From: Actinomycetes bacterium
GTDB taxonomy: Bacteria; Actinomycetota; Acidimicrobiia; Acidimicrobiales; Palsa-688
Direction: 5' to 3'
Assembly (NCBI GenBank): GCA_021850325.1
Contig: JAJZMF010000048.1
Coordinates: 141,169-205,168 of the forward strand
DNA: 64,000 nt
The notes under the pieces were generated by a model. That model ran no database searches. It was not told the DNA's origin and saw nothing but the letters and a program-made list of their open reading frames with translations. A program made the translations under genes and the position numbers. This document shows, piece after piece, positions 28,519-38,235 of this stretch (positions are counted from its first letter, which is position 1; every line of letters begins with the position of its first letter).

Positions 28519-30309
28519 TCAGCCCCCCGAAGGAGACAGGCCGGCCACGGCCGCCTCCACCGCCCCGAGCAGCCGGCGGTGGGCCTTCACGTTCGCCGCC
28601 CGCTGAGTGGGCACGACCCACACCCTGACACCGGGCGCAGGGGGTGACGCGACCGCCGAGGACAGCTGGCCGAGGTCGCGCAGCCGGCGCGCCTGAGCGC
28701 CGAACGCCGTCGCCAGGGCGGTCAGGTCCAGTCCGTGAGGGGTGCCCCAGAGGCGCTCGAACCGCTCGCCGTGCTGGCTGGCAGCCTGGGGGAGGAAGTT
28801 GAAGATGCCCCCGCCATCGTTGTCGACCACGATCACGTCCAGGGAGAGGGCACGCCCCTGGGCCCACAGCAGGGCCCCTGCGTCGTACACGAACGCGAGG
28901 TCGCCCAGGACGGCCACAACCGGCGCCGGGCTCCCCCCGTGCTCCTGGGCACTGCCGGCAGCCACGCCGAGAGCGGTCGAGAGGACCCCGTCGATCCCGT
29001 TCGCCCCCCGGTTCGAGACCACCCTGGCACCGTGGCGAGGCCTGGTCCACCACTCGAAGTCCCTGACCGGCATGGACGAGGAGAGCACGAGCGTGGCACC
29101 GTCGACGAGGCTGCGCATGACCTCTCTGGCCACCCCGGGCTCGGTCAGCTCGTCTCCCGGCCCCATGGCGGCGTCGACGGCGGCCTCGGCCGCTGCCTCT
29201 GCCGACGACCACCTCCGGGCCCACTCTCCCCGGCGCCCTCCGGTCACCGCCGCGGCAACGGCCAGGCAGAGCGCGTCCGGCCCCGCCACGACCACGTGGC
29301 CGGGCAGGCGGTCGGGGGCCGCCCAGGCGCCGACGGGGTCCACGAGCACCTGTGGGCACGAAAGCCCGGCCAGCCATTCGTTCACCACACGCGAGGCCCA
29401 CGGGGCGCCCATGCGCAGCACCACGTCGGGGTGCCAGTCCCGTACCGGTGAGCAACGCAGCAGTGCGTCGGCAAAGGCGACCGAACCCGGCGAACGGACG
29501 TTGCTGAGCGGGCTGGCCAGCACGGGCCAACCCGTGGCGTCAGTCAGTCGTTGCAGCGCACCGGGGCCGGGGCCGCCCCCGCCCACCACCACCAGGCCAC
29601 GCTCCCCGGCTCCGGCCAGCAGGCGTACGGCCTCCTCGGGCACCGGCAGCTCTTCGGGCACCAGGACCTGGTGCCAGGGTGCCCTTCCCTGTCGCCCCGC
29701 AAGAGCTGCTGCCGGCCCGGGCCCGGTACCCGCGACCTTGGCCGCCGAGCCGAGCAGCGGCTCCCTGAAGGCCAGGTTGAGGTGGACAGGGCCCGGGCGG
29801 TGGGCGCCCCCCATGGCCTCGGCGAGCGCCCTCGAAGCGAGAGGCCGCCACCAGTGGGCGGTGGCCAGGTCGGCCACCGGCACCGAGGCCGCCCAACGCG
29901 TCGCAGGGCCGAACAGGCCCACCTGCTCAACCGTCTGGGGAGCACCGCAACCGTGAAGTTCCTCCGGCCGGTCGGCCGTGACAGCCACCAACGGAACGCC
30001 GGAGTGGTGCGCCTCGACGACTGCCGGGTGCAGTTCCACCGCGGCAGTCCCGCTCGTTGTGACGACCAGGGCCGGGGAGCCCGTCGCCAAGGCATGGCCG
30101 AGGGCGAAGAACCCTGCACCACGCTCGTCGAGCACCACGTCCAAGACGATCTCCCGCCTGTCGGCTGCCTCAGCCAGGGCCACCAGCAGCGGCGTGGACC
30201 GGGAGCCCGGGGCAACGACCGCCCGACGGACGCCGCCCCGGGCCCACTCGTCGACCAGGACGGCGCAGAAGGCGGCCTGGACGTCGTTGGGCGCGACCGG
30301 AGCTGTCAT
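28519..30309 (-). CDS. menD: 2-succinyl-5-enolpyruvyl-6-hydroxy-3-cyclohexene-1-carboxylate synthase MenD
   Basis: ThDP-enzyme N-terminal (AVVAPGSRSTPL...VVTTSGTAAVELHPAVVEA) and ThDP-binding GDLAFVYD motif. Confidence 0.9.
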   Translation of the reverse strand: MTAPVAPNDVQAAFCAVLVDEWARGGVRRAVVAPGSRSTPLLVALAEAADRREIVLDVVLDERGAGFFALGHALATGSPALVVTTSGTAAVELHPAVVEAHHSGVPLVAVTADRPEELHGCGAPQTVEQVGLFGPATRWAASVPVADLATAHWWRPLASRALAEAMGGAHRPGPVHLNLAFREPLLGSAAKVAGTGPGPAAALAGRQGRAPWHQVLVPEELPVPEEAVRLLAGAGERGLVVVGGGGPGPGALQRLTDATGWPVLASPLSNVRSPGSVAFADALLRCSPVRDWHPDVVLRMGAPWASRVVNEWLAGLSCPQVLVDPVGAWAAPDRLPGHVVVAGPDALCLAVAAAVTGGRRGEWARRWSSAEAAAEAAVDAAMGPGDELTEPGVAREVMRSLVDGATLVLSSSMPVRDFEWWTRPRHGARVVSNRGANGIDGVLSTALGVAAGSAQEHGGSPAPVVAVLGDLAFVYDAGALLWAQGRALSLDVIVVDNDGGGIFNFLPQAASQHGERFERLWGTPHGLDLTALATAFGAQARRLRDLGQLSSAVASPPAPGVRVWVVPTQRAANVKAHRRLLGAVEAAVAGLSPSGG

Positions 30310-30383
30310 TGGTGCAATATCTTCCCGTGGTACAGAGCGCGCACCTTGCGGCGGCGGTCCTCGGCCCCGGCCCGGCCGGCGCC

Positions 30384-31121
30384 GTGCCTGCGCTAGTACT
30401 CTTGCACGGGTTCACCCAGAACAGCCAGTCCTGGGCGGCTGTGGTCGACCACCTGCCTCCGGTCACCGCTCTGGCCCCGGACCTGCCCGGGCACGGGGGC
30501 TCGAGCGGGGTGGCCGCCGACCTGTGGCAAACAGCGGAGGTGCTGGCAGCTCTGGTGCCGCAGCCGACGGCTTGGGTCGGCTACTCCATGGGCGGACGGG
30601 CAGCTCTCCACGTCGCGTTGGCACACCCGGAAAAGGTCTCGCGCCTGGTCCTGGTCAGCACCAGCGCCGGCATCGCAGAGCCCGGCCTCCGAGCCGAACG
30701 TGCCCGGTCCGACGCCCGTCTGGCAGCGCGCCTCGAGGCGGGGGGCGACGAGGCGCTGCCGGGCTTCCTCGAAGAATGGCTCGCTCAACCCCTCTTCGCC
30801 ACTCTGCCCCGGGACGCGGCCGACCTCGGCTCCCGCCTTGCCAACACTGCTGCAGGCCTGGCCTCGAGCCTGCGACTGGCCGGGGCCGGCGCCCAGGAGC
30901 CGCTATGGGAGCGCCTGCCCGAGCTGGGCCGTCGGGGGTTGCCGGTCCTGGTCCTGGCCGGCGAGCTCGACCAGCGCTACAGCGGGCACGCCATGGCACT
31001 GGCCCGCGCCATAGGGCCCAGCGCACGGGCGCGGTTGTTACCGGGGGCCGGCCACGCCTGCCATCTGGAACAACCCGAGGGCTTCGCCCGCCTGGTCGCC
31101 GGCTTCTGCCTGGGAGCGTGA
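30384..31121 (+). CDS. menH: Alpha/beta hydrolase, probable 2-succinyl-6-hydroxy-2,4-cyclohexadiene-1-carboxylate synthase MenH
   Basis: LVLLHGFTQNSQSW and nucleophile elbow GYSMGGR. Located inside the men cluster. The start could be as far upstream as 30309. Confidence 0.7.
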   Translation: MPALVLLHGFTQNSQSWAAVVDHLPPVTALAPDLPGHGGSSGVAADLWQTAEVLAALVPQPTAWVGYSMGGRAALHVALAHPEKVSRLVLVSTSAGIAEPGLRAERARSDARLAARLEAGGDEALPGFLEEWLAQPLFATLPRDAADLGSRLANTAAGLASSLRLAGAGAQEPLWERLPELGRRGLPVLVLAGELDQRYSGHAMALARAIGPSARARLLPGAGHACHLEQPEGFARLVAGFCLGA

Positions 31122-31146
31122 GGGCCCGGCCCGCAGCCGGGCAGGC

Positions 31147-32034
31147 TCAGAGGGCGATACCTATGGCCAGCAACGAGCCCGCCACCAGCTGCAGCCTGCC
31201 CGTCGCACCGAGGACGGGCACGAGCTCGGGCCCGGCCGAACCGGACAGCACAGCGCGGACCGGCCTCAGGGCCAGGACCAGCGCGGCCAGGGCGAGCAGG
31301 GCCCAGGGCCGGCTGAGCGCCACCGGGAGCACCATGGCGAGCGCGCCCAGGGCGCAGGAAGCGTAGAGCCGGCGCGTCCCGGCCGGGCCCAGCCTGACGG
31401 CGAGGGTGTTCTTGCCCGCCGCGGCGTCCCCGGGGATGTCCCTCAGGTTGTTCACCACCAGCAGGGACACAGCAAAAAGGCCGACCGGCAGCGAGGCCAG
31501 GACCTCCAGCGCACTGAACTGCCCCGTCTGCACGTAGGCGGTGCCCACCGTGGCCACCAGGCCGAAGAAGACGAAGACAGCCGCCTCGCCCAGGCCGGCG
31601 TAACCGTAGGGCCTGGGCCCTCCCGTGTAGGCCCAGGCGGCTAGGACGCACACGGCACCGACCGCCAGGAGCCACCAACCGGCCACCGCAGCGAGCACGC
31701 AACCGGCGGCCCCGGCCACGCCGAAGGCCAGCAGGGCCGCCCTCTTGACGGAGGCCGGCGAGGCCAGGCCTCCGGCCACCAGGCGGACCGGGCCCACCCG
31801 GTCGCGGTCGGTACCCCGCACCCCGTCGCTGTAGTCGTTGGCGTAGTTCACCCCGACCTGCAGGGCCAGGGCCACCACCCCCGCCAGCACGGCCCGCCAC
31901 CACACCGCCCGGCCGTAGGCGACCGCAGTGCCCGTCCCCACCAGGACGGGGACCAGCGAGGCGGGCAGCGTCCGGGGCCGCGCCCCGAGGGCCCAGGGTG
32001 ACCACTTGTACCTGGAGGGAGGTGCCTGGCGCAC
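31147..32034 (-). CDS. menA: 1,4-dihydroxy-2-naphthoate polyprenyltransferase MenA
   Basis: UbiA-family membrane protein (WALGARPRTLPASLVPVLVGT...NDYSDGVRGTD...). Only the C-terminal ~295 aa of the 510-aa track ORF are MenA. GTG start at 32034. Confidence 0.85.
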   Translation of the reverse strand: MRQAPPSRYKWSPWALGARPRTLPASLVPVLVGTGTAVAYGRAVWWRAVLAGVVALALQVGVNYANDYSDGVRGTDRDRVGPVRLVAGGLASPASVKRAALLAFGVAGAAGCVLAAVAGWWLLAVGAVCVLAAWAYTGGPRPYGYAGLGEAAVFVFFGLVATVGTAYVQTGQFSALEVLASLPVGLFAVSLLVVNNLRDIPGDAAAGKNTLAVRLGPAGTRRLYASCALGALAMVLPVALSRPWALLALAALVLALRPVRAVLSGSAGPELVPVLGATGRLQLVAGSLLAIGIAL

Positions 32035-32068
32035 GGGCCCGACCCTACAGGGCCCCGGCGAGGGCACG

Positions 32069-33241
32069 GTGGCCGCCAAACTGGGAGCCGTGCGACAACT
32101 GGTGGCCATCGACCTGCCCGGCGGGCCGGGCTTCGTACGCGCTCTGCTCGATGCCTGGGAGGACGGCGATGCCGTGGCGCCTCTCGACCAGCGCCTGGGC
32201 AGGGAGGCCCGCCAGGCTGTGATGGCCGCCCTGGCGCCGGGGGCCCTCGTGGGCCCGGACGGGCGCCGCCCGCTGCCCGGGGGACGACCGGTCGCCGAGG
32301 GCGACGCCCTGGTCGTGAGCACCAGCGGGAGCACCGGCCGGCCCAAGGGCGTGGTCCTCACCCACGATGCGGTCCGGGCCAGCGCCCTCGCCACCTCCGA
32401 ACGCCTGGGGGTGCGCCCGAGCGCGCACCGCTGGCTGGCCTGCCTGCCCCTCAACCACGTGGGCGGCCTATCCGTGGTGACCAGGGCACTGCTGACGGGC
32501 ACGCCCTTAGAGGTGCACCCTGGTTTCGAAGCGGGGCGGGTGCTGGCCTCGTCGGGCCCGGACGTGCTGGTGTCGCTGGTCCCCACGGCACTGGCCCGGG
32601 TCGGTGCCCAGGCGTTCCGCACGGTGGTGCTCGGGGGCTCGGCACCACCGACCGGGCTGGCGCCCAACGTGGTCACCACCTACGGGCTGACCGAGACCGG
32701 TAGCGGCGTCGTCTACGACGGGGTGCCGCTGGACGGCGTCGAGGTGTCCTTCGGCCGCCGGGGCGAGATCCTGCTGCGGGGCCCGATGCTGCTGCGCTGC
32801 TACCGCGACGGCTCCTCGCCGTTGCTCCCGGGGGGCTGGCTCGCCACCGGCGACAGCGGGCACCTGGGCCCCGATGGCCGGCTCGAGGTCGACGGCCGCC
32901 TGTCCGAGCTCATGGTGACAGGGGGCGAGAACGTGTGGCCTGGGCCGGTCGAGGGCGTGCTCTGCCGCCACCCCGGGGTGGCCGAGGCTGGGCTTACAGC
33001 CGTAGCCGACCCCGAGTGGGGCGACCGGCTGGTGGCCGTGGTCGTGCCCAGTAGGCCGGCCACCCCTCCCTCCCTGGACGAACTGCGCCACCTGGTCCGC
33101 GACGAGCTCGCCCCCTATGCAGCACCCCGTGCCCTGGTGCTCGTGGACGAGCTGCCGAAGACCTCCATCGGCAAGCTGCGCCGGGACGAGCTGGCCCGCC
33201 TGGCCGCCCTCAGTTTGCGGGCGGCGCCACGACAGGCATGA
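32069..33241 (+). CDS. menE: o-Succinylbenzoate-CoA ligase MenE
   Basis: AMP-binding motif VSTSGSTGRPKGVVLTH, YGLTETG, and C-terminal lysine region (SIGKLRR). Confidence 0.85.
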   Translation: MAAKLGAVRQLVAIDLPGGPGFVRALLDAWEDGDAVAPLDQRLGREARQAVMAALAPGALVGPDGRRPLPGGRPVAEGDALVVSTSGSTGRPKGVVLTHDAVRASALATSERLGVRPSAHRWLACLPLNHVGGLSVVTRALLTGTPLEVHPGFEAGRVLASSGPDVLVSLVPTALARVGAQAFRTVVLGGSAPPTGLAPNVVTTYGLTETGSGVVYDGVPLDGVEVSFGRRGEILLRGPMLLRCYRDGSSPLLPGGWLATGDSGHLGPDGRLEVDGRLSELMVTGGENVWPGPVEGVLCRHPGVAEAGLTAVADPEWGDRLVAVVVPSRPATPPSLDELRHLVRDELAPYAAPRALVLVDELPKTSIGKLRRDELARLAALSLRAAPRQA

Positions 33242-34379
33242 CCTCGGCCCCGACGCCGGCACCCCCGTTGGAGCGGGGCTTGACGCCCCGCCCTTCGTCC
33301 CCCGCCCCGGCTCCCGTGCGGCGCACCAGTTCGAGGATCGAGGATGCCTGGGAAGCCAGGCCTGCCACCAGCTCCCCCATGCCCTCGGCCCCGTTCAGTA
33401 CGGTGACGTTGGCCTGGCGCAGCTCGCTGGCCGCGGCGGCGATGATCTCGGGCATCTTCTCGACCAGGATGCGCTGGAGCACGACCCCGTTGGCGGTCGA
33501 GGTGGCCTCGGCCTGCAGGCGGGTGGCGTCGGCCTGGGCCTTGGCCATCGTGCGCACCTTCTCTGCCTCCGCCTCCGCCGGCCGTACGATCTCGGCGACC
33601 AGCTGCTGGCGTCGCAGCTCGGCCTGGGCCGAAGCCACCTTGGCCTGTTCGGCCAGTACGTCCTGCTGGGCCTTGGCCTGGGCCAGAGGCCCCGCCTGGG
33701 AAGCAGTCTGCTGGGCCTGGTCCACTTCGGCCTGGTACTGCGCCTTGGCGACGGCCGTCTCCTGCTCGTACTGGGCCTGGTTGCGGGCGGACTCCTGGCG
33801 GACCTTGGCTGCTGCCTGGTCGGCCTGGGCCTGGGCGATCTGCGCCGCCTGGTTCACGGCCGCGACATGGGGCTGGGAGAGCGCAAGTATGTAGCCCGAC
33901 TGCCCGTCGTCGATGGACTCGATCTGGAACGAGTCCACCACGAGCCCGAGCTTGGCCATCTCCGGCTTGGAGGCGTCGAGCACCTCCGAGGCCAGCTTCT
34001 GGCGCTCACGGATGATGTCCTCCACTGTCATCGACCCGACGATCGACCGCAGGTGGCCGGCGAAGATGCGCCCCACGAGTTCGGGCATGGAGCGCTGGTC
34101 GTCGAGGAACCGCTTGCCCGCGTTGGCGATCGACTCGGCGTCGTCACCCACCTTGAACGCGATGACCGCCTTGACCTGCAGGGTCAGCCCCTGCTGGGTG
34201 ACACAGGGCTCGAAGACCTCGGCCTCCTGCATGGCGAGCGTCAACAGTGAGACCCGGTTGCGCACGGGCATGGCGAAGGCCCCATGGCCCACCACTATGC
34301 GGAACGGGGCGTCGCCCTTGTTCTTGCTCCCCGAAATGAGCATGGCCTGGTTGGGGGACGGTACATGCCAACCGAGCAT
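33210..34379 (-). CDS. Flotillin-like SPFH/Band-7 domain protein (no N-terminal transmembrane anchor detected)
   Basis: SPFH core (ISGSKNKGDAPFRIVVGHGAFAMPV...LTLQVKAVIAFKV) followed by a long Ala/Gln-rich coiled-coil/flotillin repeat region. Confidence 0.85.
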   Translation of the reverse strand: MLGWHVPSPNQAMLISGSKNKGDAPFRIVVGHGAFAMPVRNRVSLLTLAMQEAEVFEPCVTQQGLTLQVKAVIAFKVGDDAESIANAGKRFLDDQRSMPELVGRIFAGHLRSIVGSMTVEDIIRERQKLASEVLDASKPEMAKLGLVVDSFQIESIDDGQSGYILALSQPHVAAVNQAAQIAQAQADQAAAKVRQESARNQAQYEQETAVAKAQYQAEVDQAQQTASQAGPLAQAKAQQDVLAEQAKVASAQAELRRQQLVAEIVRPAEAEAEKVRTMAKAQADATRLQAEATSTANGVVLQRILVEKMPEIIAAAASELRQANVTVLNGAEGMGELVAGLASQASSILELVRRTGAGAGDEGRGVKPRSNGGAGVGAEVMPVVAPPAN

Positions 34380-34426
34380 GGCACCTGCCTTTCCGGTGCC
34401 CAGGGGGCACCAACGACGGTTGTGCC

Positions 34427-34690
34427 CTACAGCGGTGCGACCGAGAGGCTGCGAGCGCCCCGGTCCGCCACCACGACCACATCTGCGCCCAGCGGGACCG
34501 GCTGGTCGCAGTAGGCGATGTACGTCTCAGACCCTCCCCGGATCCGCACCAGGACCTCTCCCGGCTGCTCCCCACCTGGGATGGGGAAGCTCACACTGGC
34601 CTTCCTGCCCACGACGCTCTCGGGCTGGGACGTGCTCACCGCTGCGACGTTACCGCGCTCTCCGCCGGCTCCTGCGCCCGGGCCTGCGCC
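34427..34690 (-). CDS. NfeD-like OB-fold protein (short, soluble form) upstream of flotillin
   Basis: ...GRKASVSFPIPGGEQPGEVLVRIRGGSETYIAYCDQPVPLGADVVVVADRGARSLSVAPL matches the NfeD C-terminal beta-barrel. The upstream part of the track ORF overlaps the yyaL start and is probably not coding. The start is approximate. Confidence 0.6.
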   Translation of the reverse strand, partial: GAGPGAGAGGERGNVAAVSTSQPESVVGRKASVSFPIPGGEQPGEVLVRIRGGSETYIAYCDQPVPLGADVVVVADRGARSLSVAPL

Positions 34691-34737
34691 CACCGGGCCG
34701 CGGAGCCCGAGGCCAGCCGGGCCGGCCCCGGTAGGTT

Positions 34738-36765
34738 GTGGCCGTGCCCGCGAACCGCCTCCTCGGCCAGGCCAGCCCCTACCTTCTCCAGCACGCCACC
34801 AACCCGGTCGACTGGTGGCCCTGGTCCGAAGAAGCCTTCGCTGAAGCCGGTCGCCGCGATGTCCCTGTGCTGGTCTCGGTGGGTTATTCGTCCTGCCACT
34901 GGTGCCATGTGATGGCCCACGAGAGCTTCGAGGACCCGGCCGTGGCACGGGCCCTGAACAGCGGTTTCGTCGCCGTCAAGGTGGACCGCGAGGAACGGCC
35001 CGACGTCGACGCCGTCTACATGGAAGCCCTGCAGCTGGTGTCCGGGGGCGGGGGCTGGCCCATGACGGTGGTCGCCCTCCCGGACGGGCGCCCCTTCTGG
35101 CTGGGCACGTACCTGCCCCGCGCCCGGTTCCTGGAGCTCCTGGGAGGGGTGGCCCAGGCGTGGCGGGAGCGCCGGGAGGCCATAGAGCAGGACGCGCAGC
35201 GCCTGACCGAGGCCGTGCGCCGGGGAGGCGGCCTGCCCGCACCCCCCGCCGGGCCCGCCGTGGCCGCCACCCCCTCAGCGGGTGGTGGGAGCGGGCCTGT
35301 GGGCCTCACCGCCACCGCCCTGCTCGCCAACCGTGACCACGAGTGGGGTGGAAGGGCCGGGGCACCCAAGTTCCCCCAGCCGGCCAGCCTCGAGGTGCTC
35401 GCCCGCCACTGGTGGGCGTCCGGGGACGAGAGCGCCCGGCAGGCCTGGTCACTGGCCCTGGACGCCATGAGCTCGGGCGGGATCTACGACCACCTGGGCG
35501 GCGGCTTCGCCCGTTACAGCACGGACCGGCGCTGGCTCGTGCCCCACTTCGAGAAGATGCTCTACGACAACGCCCTGCTGGTGAGGGCCTACGTCCAGGC
35601 CTGGCAGCTCACCGGGGCGGACCGCTACCGGCAGGTGGTCGAGGAGACCGTGGCCTACCTGCTGTCCGCGCCCGTCCACCTCCCCGAGGGCACCTGGGCG
35701 GCGGCGGAGGACGCCGACAGCGAGGGTGAGGAGGGCCGCTTCTACACATGGTCCCGCTCCGAGGTGCTCGAGGTGGCCGGCCCCGACCTGGCCGATTGGT
35801 ACGGGGTGACCGAGGAAGGCAACTGGGAGGGCCGCAACGTCCTGTGGCGACCGGACCGAGGGGAGCTGGCCCGGCCTGCCCATCTGGAGGTGGCCCGGGC
35901 CGCCCTGGCCGACCGCCGGGCGGGGCGGCCCCGGCCCGCCCTGGACGACAAGGTGGTGACGGAGTGGAACGCCATGGTCATCGGCTCGCTCTCCCTCGCC
36001 GGGCGGGCACTGGGCAGGCCCGCCTGGGTGGACGCTGCCCAAGCCGGGGCCGGTGCACTGTGCCGGCTGCTGCAGCGGCCGGACGGCCGCTGGCTGCGGT
36101 CATGGCGCGCGGGCCAGCCTGGGCCCCCGGCCTATGCCGCTGACCACGCCTGGTTGGTCGACGGGTTCACCCGGCTGTACGAAGCAACAGGGCGCACCGA
36201 GTGGGCAGGACGTGCCTGCGGTGCCGCCGATGACCTGCTGCGGCTCTTCGCCGACCCGCAGGCTCCGGGTTTCTTCACTTCGGGGACCGATGGCGAAACC
36301 CTCGTGGCGCGGATCAAGGACGTCTACGACGGCGCCACACCCTCCGCCAACGCTGCGGCCGCGGCAGCCCTCACGCGCCTGGCCCACCTCACGGGCGATG
36401 ACCGTTACCGCCGTCCCGCCGACCGGCTGGTGGACGCCATGGCCCCCTCGATGGACCGCTCCCCCACCGCCTTCAGCGCTCTCGCCCTGGTCGCCGATGA
36501 GCTGCACCGGGCACCGACCGAGGTCGTCGCACCCGGCGACCACCCCGAACTGGTGGGGCCGGCCTTCACCCGCTACCTGCCTGGAGCCGTCGTCGCCTGG
36601 GGCGAGCCCACCGACTGGCCCATCTTCGAGGGACGGCGGGGCCCGGGCAGCGTAGGTCGCGCCTATGTCTGCCAGGGCTACCACTGTGAGCTCCCGGTGA
36701 GCGCGCCCGGCGAGGTGGCACGACTGCTCGGCCCGTCTGACGGCCCTTGGCCGGGCCGGAGCTGA
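34738..36765 (+). CDS. Thioredoxin-domain protein YyaL/DUF255 (thioredoxin-like N-terminus plus six-hairpin glycosidase-like domain)
   Basis: [22 protein letters not shown]...[24 protein letters not shown]-terminus and ...[32 protein letters not shown] core. Confidence 0.88.
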   Translation: MAVPANRLLGQASPYLLQHATNPVDWWPWSEEAFAEAGRRDVPVLVSVGYSSCHWCHVMAHESFEDPAVARALNSGFVAVKVDREERPDVDAVYMEALQLVSGGGGWPMTVVALPDGRPFWLGTYLPRARFLELLGGVAQAWRERREAIEQDAQRLTEAVRRGGGLPAPPAGPAVAATPSAGGGSGPVGLTATALLANRDHEWGGRAGAPKFPQPASLEVLARHWWASGDESARQAWSLALDAMSSGGIYDHLGGGFARYSTDRRWLVPHFEKMLYDNALLVRAYVQAWQLTGADRYRQVVEETVAYLLSAPVHLPEGTWAAAEDADSEGEEGRFYTWSRSEVLEVAGPDLADWYGVTEEGNWEGRNVLWRPDRGELARPAHLEVARAALADRRAGRPRPALDDKVVTEWNAMVIGSLSLAGRALGRPAWVDAAQAGAGALCRLLQRPDGRWLRSWRAGQPGPPAYAADHAWLVDGFTRLYEATGRTEWAGRACGAADDLLRLFADPQAPGFFTSGTDGETLVARIKDVYDGATPSANAAAAAALTRLAHLTGDDRYRRPADRLVDAMAPSMDRSPTAFSALALVADELHRAPTEVVAPGDHPELVGPAFTRYLPGAVVAWGEPTDWPIFEGRRGPGSVGRAYVCQGYHCELPVSAPGEVARLLGPSDGPWPGRS

Positions 36766-36808
36766 GCATCCACCGGTCGACCCCCCCGAGGGGCAAAAAT
36801 GGTGGCCG

Positions 36809-37468
36809 ATGTTGACGACGCAAGCGCTCAAGGCCCCTCCAAAGACCATCCGCCGTCTCCACGACGCACCGGGGACGGAGCTGAGGCTCATGGTGGTCTC
36901 CACGGGCCGTCGGCACTGCGTCGGGGTCGACCTGGACTCGGGCACCCTGGTGCGGGCCTGGGCAGCCCACGCCGTCGACCAGCGCCTCGCCCCCTACGAC
37001 CTGGTGGACGTGCGGGTCGCCAGTGACCCCGACCTGGTGCCCGACCCGACCGAGCCCGAGGCGCTCGTCATCGAGGCCGTACCGGAGCCGGTGGGCCGCC
37101 TGAGCGGTCGGCGCGCCCAGCGGCTCATGCGACCGTTGCTGCACCCCGAGCACACGCCGCTGCTCGGCTTCCACGGGCCCACCGTGCCCTTCTGGGAGCG
37201 GCGCCCCGACCACCCTTCGGCTGCGCTGGCCCAGGTCGCCGGCCCGGTGGTGGTGACCCTCGAGGAAGGGGCCATGTGGTGCCACTTCGTATGGGGAGGA
37301 CGGCCCCAGGTGCTCGCCTGCTCGGACCCCCGCCTCTACGCAACGATGCACCGCGCAGCCAGGGACCGGGCCAACCTCCGCCCGGGCACCTACCTGGTCG
37401 TCGCCCTCGAGCCACCTGTCAGCGGCCAGTGCCACAAGGTGGTGGAAGCCCTCGTACCTCGGCGCTGA
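36809..37468 (+). CDS. Hypothetical protein (conserved-looking, no family recognised)
   Basis: 219-aa ORF with high GC3. No recognisable motifs. Confidence 0.5.
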   Translation: MLTTQALKAPPKTIRRLHDAPGTELRLMVVSTGRRHCVGVDLDSGTLVRAWAAHAVDQRLAPYDLVDVRVASDPDLVPDPTEPEALVIEAVPEPVGRLSGRRAQRLMRPLLHPEHTPLLGFHGPTVPFWERRPDHPSAALAQVAGPVVVTLEEGAMWCHFVWGGRPQVLACSDPRLYATMHRAARDRANLRPGTYLVVALEPPVSGQCHKVVEALVPRR

Positions 37469-37524
37469 GGGCCGAGGTACGAGCGGCGGCCTACCTCAGG
37501 GCACCGTTCTGGGCCCTTGGACCG

Positions 37525-38196
37525 TCAGGCCCTGAACCCGGAGGCCAGCGACTCCGACATGGCCCAGCCGAAGGCGATCAGGAAGTCGCGCCGCTCGCCG
37601 TCCAGCCCGCCCAGGAGTGCGCCGACCTCCCCGTCGACCTGCGCCGGCTGCTCGAGCTCGTAGTCGAAGACCGGGCAGGGAGAGCCGTCCCCCCGCACCA
37701 CGAACGTGCGGTCGTCGACCCGGCCCTCAGCCCCGAAGCGCTTGGCCAGGCGGCGCGACCAGGCGCGCTCCTCGCCCGAGACCTTGTAGTGGGGACGGGG
37801 GCAGATGTCCTCCAGGCCCGTGAAGGCAGCGAACCCGCCCGCGTCGCGTAGACGGGTCGCCACGAGGACGTCCTCGTCCGGGAAGGCAAGGACCGCCTTG
37901 CGGAACTGGTCGGCGCGCAGGGCGTCCAGGACCGCTTCACGCTGAGCGCAGCGCCGGACGGACACCAGGCCCCACAGCACGCAGGGAGTACCCCCGATCC
38001 GCTCGAGCGTGCAGAAGGAAAAGCCCTGGAGATCCCCACCCGAGCGCACCTGGGTGATCAGGACCCACTCGTCGCGTTGCTTGGACAACAGCCCGATGTC
38101 CAACCCCGCTGGGCCGTCGGCAACGATGTCCGCCATCTCGGCGAGCTCCGTGTCCGAAAGCGCCGTACAGTCCTTAGTCTCGACATCGAACGTCAT
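37525..38196 (-). CDS. Hypothetical protein
   Basis: 223-aa ORF (MTFDVETKDCTALSDTELAEMADIVADG...). ATG start about 40 nt after the dnaE stop. No family recognised. Confidence 0.5.
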   Translation of the reverse strand: MTFDVETKDCTALSDTELAEMADIVADGPAGLDIGLLSKQRDEWVLITQVRSGGDLQGFSFCTLERIGGTPCVLWGLVSVRRCAQREAVLDALRADQFRKAVLAFPDEDVLVATRLRDAGGFAAFTGLEDICPRPHYKVSGEERAWSRRLAKRFGAEGRVDDRTFVVRGDGSPCPVFDYELEQPAQVDGEVGALLGGLDGERRDFLIAFGWAMSESLASGFRA

Positions 38197-38235
38197 GTCG
38201 GCTGATCACTCCTCACAGACGGTGACCATTAAAGG

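Noticed and set aside
27071-29530. 819-aa minus-strand ORF spanning menF and menD
   Set aside because: It is antisense to menF and out of frame with menD. Both real genes are recognisable by homology. Its translation is Arg/Gly/Pro-rich noise.
32035-32679. N-terminal 215 aa of the 510-aa ORF containing menA
   Set aside because: The MenA homology begins at about residue 216 (GTG 32034). The upstream part overlaps menE on the opposite strand and has no UbiA-family features.
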